In this document: in pieces, positions 26,940-36,620 of the stretch
Numbering within the stretch: the stretch's first letter is position 1
Layout of the letters: the number at the start of each line of letters is the position of its first letter
Source of the DNA: an uncultured Candidatus Saccharibacteria bacterium
GTDB taxonomy: Bacteria > Patescibacteriota > Minisyncoccia > Phycocordibacterales > UBA9973
Assembly: GCA_964606285.1 (NCBI GenBank)
Contig: CAZSFP010000002.1
Location: 43,890-107,889, forward strand
Length of the DNA: 64,000 nucleotides
Reading direction: 5' to 3'
Translations under genes and position numbers: made by a program
Notes under the pieces: generated by a model
What the model was told of the DNA's origin: nothing
Databases searched by the model: none
What the model saw: only the letters and a program-made list of their open reading frames with translations

Positions 26940-27542
26940 ATGTCACAAATTCCTGATCAAATACAAAATATTCCTGATCCACAGTATTTCAATATCGAAT
27001 ACATTTTTTATAAAATAGCACATTTTTTCGTGGCGCTTGTCGGTGGTGATTTGTCATTCTCGTTATTTTTAGAAAATATTTGGAAAATAATTTCCATCAT
27101 CGTTGGACTCATTGCAGCAGTCTTTTTTGCAATACTTTTTTATTCATGGCTTCGGCACAAAGAGATCGAAGAACAGGAAGAAAAGAAATGGAAAGCACTG
27201 ATCATCGAAGACATGCCAGAAGCACCCACTGAGACGAAATGGGATATCATCGAAGCGCACAGTTATGGTGAAAGTCCGGCTGAATGGCGTCTTGCAATCA
27301 TCGAAGCCGATAGTATTCTCGATCAACTCCTGATCGCTCGCGGATTTGCTGGTGAGAATCTCGGTGAACGACTCAAAAACATTCCGACAGGAAAGCTCGG
27401 TACGATCAATGAAGCATGGGAAGCGCACAAGATCCGCAACCGCATCGCTCACGAAGGATCGAACTTTGCTTTGTCAAAACCCGAAGCTCGTCGCACCATC
27501 GAACGCTACCGCGCAGTATTCAAAGAATTGGGATATATTTAA
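26940..27542 (+). CDS. Membrane-anchored DUF4145/HEPN-like domain protein, in the position where gatB normally follows gatA
   Basis: There are 2 N-terminal TM helices. The C-terminal domain is …LIARGFAGENLGERLKNIPTGKLGTINEAWEAHKIRNRIAHEG…, with an Rx4H motif in a DUF4145-like context. Confidence 0.5.
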   Translation: MSQIPDQIQNIPDPQYFNIEYIFYKIAHFFVALVGGDLSFSLFLENIWKIISIIVGLIAAVFFAILFYSWLRHKEIEEQEEKKWKALIIEDMPEAPTETKWDIIEAHSYGESPAEWRLAIIEADSILDQLLIARGFAGENLGERLKNIPTGKLGTINEAWEAHKIRNRIAHEGSNFALSKPEARRTIERYRAVFKELGYI

Positions 27543-27549
27543 AATCAAA

Positions 27550-27580
27550 AAATCCCCACACGGTTGTGTTGGGGATTTTA
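27550..27580. terminator. Bidirectional terminator (AAAAATCCCCACACggttGTGTTGGGGATTTT)
   Basis: 10-bp stem with A/T-runs, between convergent genes. Confidence 0.65.
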
Positions 27581-28075
27581 GATTTCGAGCAAGCTGGGAT
27601 CTCGAGGTTCATAATAGGAAGGTTTACGAAGAGCCGTTTTGTCTTCATTGAAATAAACGCGACCAAAAAATGTTTCACCGTTGAGGATTTTTGAAACGAT
27701 TTCTTTGTCTGCAGGAAGCATTTTTCCATAAGGAACCATATCAAAAGCAAATTCTTTTGCGTCTTTCATTTCATTTGTGTCTTGGATGACGCCTGTAACT
27801 TCTTTTACAATATAGAAGGTCACATCAAAATCAGGGACGTCAGTATCATTGTTGACAAAGAAAAAATGAACGAGTGCTACCGGATGAATTTTGTCGGGAG
27901 AACACGTAGCCCCACCAGTTTCTTCGGTAAATTCTCTCGCAATATTTTTTCTGATTGTTTCTCCTGTTTCAACTTTACCTCCCCAGCCATTGTAGAGACC
28001 GGCGCCAATTTTTCGCTGTTTTATACCAAGTGTTATTTTGTATCCTTTGATCGGATAGACGACTGTTGCTTTCAT
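27578..28075 (-). CDS. NUDIX hydrolase
   Basis: Nudix box GWGGKVETGETIRKNIAREFTEETG; 165 aa. Confidence 0.8.
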   Translation of the reverse strand: MKATVVYPIKGYKITLGIKQRKIGAGLYNGWGGKVETGETIRKNIAREFTEETGGATCSPDKIHPVALVHFFFVNNDTDVPDFDVTFYIVKEVTGVIQDTNEMKDAKEFAFDMVPYGKMLPADKEIVSKILNGETFFGRVYFNEDKTALRKPSYYEPRDPSLLEI

Positions 28076-28143
28076 ATTGTACTAGTATTTTACTATAGTA
28101 GTACTCCTTTTGTATGCACAATGCAAGGCAGGGTGCCTATGCT

Positions 28144-28189
28144 ATACCCCCACACTTACCTTTGAGAAAAGTAAGTGTGGGGGTATACT
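28144..28189 (+). promoter_or_regulatory. Perfect 16-bp-stem hairpin (ATACCCCCACACTTAC…GTAAGTGTGGGGGTAT) whose 3' arm ends in GGGGTATACT, 6 nt upstream of the pilD ATG. It is a compact relative of the CCCGTTAGA cassette arms, and the TATACT is positioned for a leaderless transcript.
   Basis: Inverted repeat at 28144-28159 and 28171-28186. TATACT at 28184-28189 and the ATG at 28196. Confidence 0.45.
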
Positions 28190-28195
28190 TTTTAT

Positions 28196-28993
28196 ATGAC
28201 ATCACTTATTTTGATCCTCTCGTTTGTATTTGGGGCGATTATCGGCAGTTTTCTCAATGTCGTGATCTATCGCATGAACACAGGTCGTTCCTGGGGTGGC
28301 CGATCGCACTGCATGCGCTGTAACAAGCAGCTCGCATGGTATGAATTGATTCCGATTGTCTCATGGCTCGCGCTCCGTGGTCGTTGTCGGTCATGTACGG
28401 CATCTATATCTCCGCAATATATTATCGTTGAGACTATTATGGGTGTTGTGACACTTCTTACTGTGTTAACATTTTTGCCATTGGCAACTATGTCTATAGG
28501 ATCATTCCTCTCACTCTCGCTAATCTACCTTCTCTTTTTCTCAGTACTTGCTGTCATTGCGTTTTATGATATTCGACACAAGGTCATTCCGCATGTACCA
28601 CTCATCCTTCTCGTTGTTGTTGCTGTCTGGATCAAATGTCTCGGTCCAAGTATTTTTCCACTCCAATTACCAGCGTTTGCAAGTTTTGTTCCGATACTGT
28701 TTGCGGTGCCGTTCTGGTTGTTGTCACGATTTTCTCGAGAGACACTCTTTGGTATGGGGGATGTAAAACTGATTGCAATACTCGCTTTTTTCCTCGGGTT
28801 ATGGAACGGATTCCTCATGATCGTTCTCGCATTTGTCATCGGTGCGGTCTACGGCATCGGTCTTGTTCTTTTGAAGAAAGCAGATAAAAAGACACAAGTT
28901 CCTTTCGCCCCATTCCTTATCCTCTCTACTATACTCATCTTCTTTGGGTTCATATCTTTCCCTATGATCTTTTCTCTGTTTTCGGTATACTAG
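28196..28993 (+). CDS. pilD: Prepilin peptidase (A24 family, PilD-like)
   Basis: N-terminal CxxC…CxxC zinc motif, DIRHKVIPH and GMGDVKL catalytic-Asp motifs, and multiple TM segments. Confidence 0.85.
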   Translation: MTSLILILSFVFGAIIGSFLNVVIYRMNTGRSWGGRSHCMRCNKQLAWYELIPIVSWLALRGRCRSCTASISPQYIIVETIMGVVTLLTVLTFLPLATMSIGSFLSLSLIYLLFFSVLAVIAFYDIRHKVIPHVPLILLVVVAVWIKCLGPSIFPLQLPAFASFVPILFAVPFWLLSRFSRETLFGMGDVKLIAILAFFLGLWNGFLMIVLAFVIGAVYGIGLVLLKKADKKTQVPFAPFLILSTILIFFGFISFPMIFSLFSVY

Positions 28994-28997
28994 ATAT

Positions 28998-29121
28998 ATG
29001 AATCCCGTTAGAAGTCACGATCACAATGGGACAATAATCATATGAAAATAAAAAATATTATCAATTTTAATCAAAAAGGAGATGCACGAACAATGATCGT
29101 GATCTACTTCTAACGGGATGA
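28998..29121. repeat. CCCGTTAGA inverted-repeat cassette, copy 2 (ATGAATCCCGTTAGAAGT … ACTTCTAACGGGATGA). The core carries an AAGGAG SD plus a 6-codon uORF (MIVIYF, 29093..29113) that stops 4 nt before the pilin ATG. The right arm contains that ATG.
   Basis: Arms are 14/14 complementary. The terminal motif is the same as copy 1, but the core sequence is different. Confidence 0.6.
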
Positions 29122-29723
29122 GGAAATCTTTTGATCGCGGTGTTACATTTATCGAACTGATCGTTGTCATCGCGATTTTTGGTATCATCGCTGGCATCAT
29201 TCTTTTCAATTACAGTGGATTTGATAGTAATATCAAATTGCAAAATACTATGAATGATATTGCGACAACTGTAAAATCAGCGCAGATTTCCGGCAGTTCT
29301 GGAAAATTTGATACACGGATGGCAGGGGCAATGGCTGCATATCGTCCAACATACGGTATTTATTTCAAGAATGATGCATTGGGAGGGTCTTTTACTTATT
29401 TTGTTGATACACCAAACAATGGCATCATCAACAACAATGCGTTTGATGCAACATTCAACGAAGATATAAAAATCATTGCGTTTCAAAACGGATTTAAAAT
29501 TAACAAGATTTGTTACGATCAAAAAACATTGTCAGTAAATACTAGTTGCGATACTTCCACGACAGCCGAAGCAACCGCTACTTTTACTCGTCCTGATTTG
29601 TTCGCGTATTTGCCGGACGGTATTGGTGGAAAGTATAATGATGTCAATATTACAGTCGAAGCACCGAACGGTATGATGAAGACATTGGTTATCTATGCGT
29701 CTGGTGCGATGTCTATCGAATAA
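29118..29723 (+). CDS. Type IV pilin-like protein (pseudopilin) 1
   Basis: N-terminal prepilin motif …RGVTFIELIVVIAIFGIIAGI…; 201 aa. Confidence 0.8.
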   Translation: MRKSFDRGVTFIELIVVIAIFGIIAGIILFNYSGFDSNIKLQNTMNDIATTVKSAQISGSSGKFDTRMAGAMAAYRPTYGIYFKNDALGGSFTYFVDTPNNGIINNNAFDATFNEDIKIIAFQNGFKINKICYDQKTLSVNTSCDTSTTAEATATFTRPDLFAYLPDGIGGKYNDVNITVEAPNGMMKTLVIYASGAMSIE

Positions 29724-29724
29724 T

Positions 29725-30339
29725 ATGAAAAAAACTATTTCACACAATAAAGGGTTCACACTTGTTGAGATAATGATCGCAACTGGACTGTTTGTTGTTG
29801 TTGTCACAATCGGTATCACAGCAGTGCTCAATATTAATCGTGGTCACAAAAAGACACAAGCATTTCGAACGGCATTTGATAATCTGTCGTTTATCATGGA
29901 AGACATATCTCGCAATGTACGCCTGGGATCAAATATTCATTGTACAGATTTCAATACTGCGTATACACAAATAATTTTATCCATTCCGGCACCGACATCA
30001 TGCGCGGGTGGCAATAGTGCCATCATTTTTACACCACCCAAAAAAGATCCGGCTGCGATCGGAGATTTGTCTGTGTATGCAATCGATACAAATACCGTTG
30101 CTGATTCTGCGGTTCGACTCTATCATTCAATAGATGGCGGTGCGACGTTTAGTGCAGTAACACCAGGCGATATCACCATAGATCCTGCAAAATCCGGTTT
30201 CATGGTTCTCAATGTAGGACAGGGCGAAGCCGGTCAAGCTCGTGTGACGATTCGCTTGGCAGGCATTGTCACATATCGCGATATTACGACACCGTTTGAT
30301 TTGCAGACAACAGTGTCAGCGAGATTGCTCGATCAATAA
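29725..30339 (+). CDS. Type IV pilin-like protein (pseudopilin) 2
   Basis: MKKTISHNKGFTLVEIMIATGLFVVVV… is a class III signal sequence. Start corrected to 29725. Confidence 0.8.
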   Translation: MKKTISHNKGFTLVEIMIATGLFVVVVTIGITAVLNINRGHKKTQAFRTAFDNLSFIMEDISRNVRLGSNIHCTDFNTAYTQIILSIPAPTSCAGGNSAIIFTPPKKDPAAIGDLSVYAIDTNTVADSAVRLYHSIDGGATFSAVTPGDITIDPAKSGFMVLNVGQGEAGQARVTIRLAGIVTYRDITTPFDLQTTVSARLLDQ

Positions 30340-30340
30340 T

Positions 30341-31081
30341 ATGAAAAAAACTATTTTACATAACAAAGGATTCACGCTTATCGAGACACTCGTCGCATTG
30401 TCTATTTTTTCATTGTCCATTGTCGCTCTCATTGTCGCGGCAGGGCAGGGAGTATCGAATTTTCAGACGATCAAGGCACGATTGACTGCGTCCTATCTCG
30501 CCCAAGAAGGTGTTGAACTTGTCCACAATATCCGTGATACAGAAATGGAAACCGGGTCATGGGCTTCATTTATAGGCACATCATCTCCTGTTGCTAATTG
30601 TTTTTTAAATCAAAATCCGAATGGCTGTACTATCGATGCTGTATATGCACCACAAAACATAGACGTACAAGCTTGCACGTCTTCTGTATGTCCGTTTATG
30701 AAATATGACCAGTTTGTCGGCTACAATCATTCACCAACATATCCAACAAATACTGTTTTTAGACGAACTATAGCATTGACTCTTCTTCCATTGAACAATG
30801 AAGTCGAAGTGAAAAGTACGGTGAGTTATACTATAGGCGGCACGACATCACAGATAGTGATGAGTGAAATTCTTACGAATTGGATAGGAAATATTTCTTC
30901 ATCTCCATCGAGTAATCCATCGCCGCAAACAACCGGTTCACAATCTCCTTCAAATACATCACCAAGTAGTTCATCTCCATCTCAACAAACAACAGGGTCG
31001 CAAAATATGTCACAATCACCACAACAGCAAGTACAACAGGGTCAACCACCGTCATCCAATATGATCTCAACAACACCATAA
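30341..31081 (+). CDS. Type IV pilin-like protein (pseudopilin) 3 with S/P/Q-rich C-terminus
   Basis: MKKTILHNKGFTLIETLVALSIFSL… prepilin motif. Start corrected to 30341. Confidence 0.8.
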   Translation: MKKTILHNKGFTLIETLVALSIFSLSIVALIVAAGQGVSNFQTIKARLTASYLAQEGVELVHNIRDTEMETGSWASFIGTSSPVANCFLNQNPNGCTIDAVYAPQNIDVQACTSSVCPFMKYDQFVGYNHSPTYPTNTVFRRTIALTLLPLNNEVEVKSTVSYTIGGTTSQIVMSEILTNWIGNISSSPSSNPSPQTTGSQSPSNTSPSSSSPSQQTTGSQNMSQSPQQQVQQGQPPSSNMISTTP

Positions 31082-31082
31082 T

Positions 31083-33625
<2,543 letters not shown>

Positions 33626-33627
33626 TA

Positions 33628-33655
33628 CAAAATCCCCTCACATGAGGGGATTTTG
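33628..33655. terminator. Bidirectional terminator (CAAAATCCCCTCAcatGAGGGGATTTTG)
   Basis: Perfect 11-bp stem between convergent ligA (+) and the surface-protein gene (-). Confidence 0.65.
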
Positions 33656-33669
33656 TATGTTAGATTCGA

Positions 33670-35886
33670 TTACGCTTTTGTAAAGTATTTTCGAGTAACG
33701 AGAACGAGGATTGCGATCACGAGTCCGAGAAGGAGCCATCCGAGGAGTGTTCCTGGAAGGAATCCACCAGAACCGAAGAGGGCGAGGCCGGCAAGATTTG
33801 AATTTGATGAACCATTGTTCGACATGTTTTGTGTCGCGTACGCGGTGACATCATGATTCGTATTTGCTGTTCCTGTCGCGAAACTCATTTTTGCAGTTGT
33901 AACGAGAAGATCTCGATTTGTTGCATTCTTGAGGATAGTTCCAGTCACTGTGAATGATCCACTTTGGTGTGCGCCGATAGTACCGAGTGATACGATGAGT
34001 GCGCCATCAGATGCGATTGATCCTGCTGTTGAACGAGTGAGTGCAATTTCTTGTGGTGGGAGAACACGAACGATAGTTTGTTTGAGGTTCGTACCAGTCA
34101 AGTTCTTGTACTTCACGGTAAATGTTGTTTGATCGCCGACATAGACGTTTTCATAGTCAGGCGTGATAGAGAATGAAACGTATTGTGTGCCATTTCCTGA
34201 TGTCACATATACTGTTGTATTTGTGACAGTTGGAGTTGTTGGTTGAACGATTGGGAACACACATGATCCGTTGTTTACTGTCGCTTGTGGGTTATAGTTT
34301 GTCGCTGATGCTACTGTACAACCATAGATTGCTTGTGGTGGCTGAACAGGGAATATACATGAACCGTTGTTGATAGTTGCCTGTGGATTGTAGTTGAGTG
34401 CACCTGAAATAGTACAACCATATATTTGTGTTTGTGGGAACACACATGATCCGTTGTTTACTGTCGCTTGTGGGTTGTAATTCGTTGCTGATACAATTGT
34501 ACATCCATAAACCTGTGGTGGATTTTGTACATAGGTACATGTTCCATTACCAATTGTCGCTTGTGGATTGTAGTTTGTCGCTGATGGGTCAGTACATCCA
34601 TAGACTTGAGTTTGTGTAAAAGTACATGAACCGTTATCGACAGTCGCGTTCGGATTGTAATTGTTTGCAGTTGGATTTGTACAGCCAGAAATTGGTGTAA
34701 CAATGTTTTGACCGACTTGGAATTTAAGGACGATAGATCCTTGTGTGCTCCATCCTTGAGCGATTGTACCGATGTCGATACCGCCTGCAAAGATTGCAGA
34801 CTCACTTTGTCCGTTTGGAAGTGGTTGTGCTGTCTGAGATTGGTTTGGATACCATTTTACAGATCCAGGAATAAAAGTAAGTGTTTGTGATGATGTGATC
34901 GAAACATTGGCACTACCAGAAACTGCTGGTGCGTTGTCTGCAGAGACAGAACCAGAGAGATTGTGCATTGTTGATGCGCCGAGTGACTGTGCTGAAGTAA
35001 CGCGGAGTTTTGTATGGGTCGCAGCAGCAATACCATTGTTATGATAGTAGATTGTCATCGAAACGACATTTCCTGCTTGGAGAATAGCGTTTGAACATGT
35101 GTTATTTGATCCAGGAATAGATGTTGTCCAACATGTTGTTGTGATGCCGTGTTGTGTAAAGTTCATGGCACGAACTGTTGGTCGATCTGAAACGTTGTTA
35201 TTGAAAACTGTTTGTGCTGATGTTTGTACTTCTGGAATGACAAATGTCATTGAACCAGTTGCGTACATCGGAAGGCCTCCGTAGACAGCATATGCTTTTA
35301 CATAGTATGTACCTGGTGTGAGGTTTGAAACAGTAGATTGAAAACTTGGTGTTCCGTTTTGGAATGTTCCGTTTGTCGAAAGTGTCATCGCTGTTGTTGG
35401 TCCGTATTTGAAAAACGTTTGAACTCCTGTTGTGCCGATGTTTGAAAATCCACGAAGTGTAACATCATTGCCGTTAACAATAGGTGCGATATTTTGAACA
35501 GCCGCTTGTGTCACAGTAAATGACACGGCAGTTCCATAGAGTGGGGTGCCGCCTGAAACAGGGAAGCCAACCGCACGGAAATAATATGTTCCCGGGGTTG
35601 AGATCACAACTGGACTTGAAGAGAAAGAAGATGAGCCAGTTGTATTCGAAAGGGCTGTTGTATTCGAAAGGGAATTCGTGTTTGGTCCCCATTGGAATCC
35701 CTTTTGATATGTCTGACCTTGCGTGTTGATAAAGCCGTTAAAAGTAACGGTTGCACCACTGACCATTGCGGGAATTGTGGAGATAGATGGATTTGCTGCC
35801 TTGACGACAGACGGAGCAACGAGTCCTCCGACGAGGGCGATTGCAACGAGAAATCCTTTGATTGTAAGCATATTTTTGATATTCAT
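33670..35886 (-). CDS. Large secreted/cell-surface protein with five 28-aa Cys-containing tandem repeats (YGCTxxSATNYNPQATxxNGSCxFP) and a C-terminal TM anchor preceded by an LPGT(L) sortase-signal-like motif
   Basis: N-terminal signal peptide. Repeats span aa 400-548. C-terminus is …GGFLPGTLLGWLLLGLVIAILVLVTRKYFTKA. Confidence 0.6.
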   Translation of the reverse strand: MNIKNMLTIKGFLVAIALVGGLVAPSVVKAANPSISTIPAMVSGATVTFNGFINTQGQTYQKGFQWGPNTNSLSNTTALSNTTGSSSFSSSPVVISTPGTYYFRAVGFPVSGGTPLYGTAVSFTVTQAAVQNIAPIVNGNDVTLRGFSNIGTTGVQTFFKYGPTTAMTLSTNGTFQNGTPSFQSTVSNLTPGTYYVKAYAVYGGLPMYATGSMTFVIPEVQTSAQTVFNNNVSDRPTVRAMNFTQHGITTTCWTTSIPGSNNTCSNAILQAGNVVSMTIYYHNNGIAAATHTKLRVTSAQSLGASTMHNLSGSVSADNAPAVSGSANVSITSSQTLTFIPGSVKWYPNQSQTAQPLPNGQSESAIFAGGIDIGTIAQGWSTQGSIVLKFQVGQNIVTPISGCTNPTANNYNPNATVDNGSCTFTQTQVYGCTDPSATNYNPQATIGNGTCTYVQNPPQVYGCTIVSATNYNPQATVNNGSCVFPQTQIYGCTISGALNYNPQATINNGSCIFPVQPPQAIYGCTVASATNYNPQATVNNGSCVFPIVQPTTPTVTNTTVYVTSGNGTQYVSFSITPDYENVYVGDQTTFTVKYKNLTGTNLKQTIVRVLPPQEIALTRSTAGSIASDGALIVSLGTIGAHQSGSFTVTGTILKNATNRDLLVTTAKMSFATGTANTNHDVTAYATQNMSNNGSSNSNLAGLALFGSGGFLPGTLLGWLLLGLVIAILVLVTRKYFTKA
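34243..34689 (-). repeat. Five tandem roughly 84-bp coding repeats inside the surface-protein gene
   Basis: Repeated TGTACAACCATA…/TGTACATCCATA… blocks in the DNA and YGCT…NGSC in the protein. Confidence 0.7.
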
Positions 35887-36004
35887 ACCTATATTATAGC
35901 AAATTATACGTATTTGTCAAGGTATATATTGACGTTATTTTATAAGTATTGTGACGCATATATCGGTCGAATATTTCAAAAAAGTTGCCAAAACAGGCTC
36001 ATTT

Positions 36005-36322
36005 GATAGAGTAGGACTGTTGTATTGGATGATTGCGCCGCGTCTGACGTGGTGAGGAAAGTCCGAACACAGCCTTGCCAGAAGAATGATGCGCATTTTG
36101 TTTTGTTTGTATGCTGCCATAGTATATACGCAAGAAATTATTTCTTTACAGGAATAGAGTGCGCATCATTCTTCTGGTACGGAGCATGTAGTGGGTAATA
36201 CCCATCCGGCGCAAGCCGCGAGGTGCGAGCAGTGACGCTCGAGACGAAAGTCGGAGGCCCCGTTAGGGTGAATCTTGTAGAAATACAAGGGTGAAACGGC
36301 TAAATCCTTACATCTGTGCAAG
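36005..36322 (+). ncRNA. rnpB: Probable RNase P RNA (rnpB) with a roughly 100-nt AT-rich hairpin insertion (17-bp stem CAGAAGAATGATGCGCA…TGCGCATCATTCTTCTG)
   Basis: GAGGAAAGUCCGaAC matches the conserved P4 5' strand at 36055-36068. ACGGCUAAAUCC at about 36296-36307 is consistent with the P4 3' strand carrying a bulged U. GGGUGAAA lies upstream of it. The locus is an intergenic GC-rich island between divergent genes. Confidence 0.55.
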
Positions 36323-36620
36323 ATCGTATTCTTTCATTTTTTTAATGAAAGTTTGAATCGCTTGAGGATTCTGGTAACAGAATTCCCAGATAAATGATCA
36401 TCTGATTTGCCATTGCGAAAGTAATGGCAAATCATACAGAATTCGGCTTATAGATACAACAATTATCAAAACCCCGGCTCCGAAGGCTGGGGTTTTGTCA
36501 TGTCTGTTCGCTTGATTCGTCATATATGGTGAGGGCACAGATACTTGACTTTATAGGTATTTCGTGCTATTTTTCACATGAGTTCTCTAACAATTTCACA
36601 AACAAAAAAAACGAAAGTAC

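Noticed and set aside
36258-36270. CCCCGTTAGGG inside the putative rnpB, as a possible extra copy of the CCCGTTAGA cassette.
   Set aside because: It lacks the terminal A and has no inverted partner. It is embedded in a GC-rich structured RNA and is probably coincidental.
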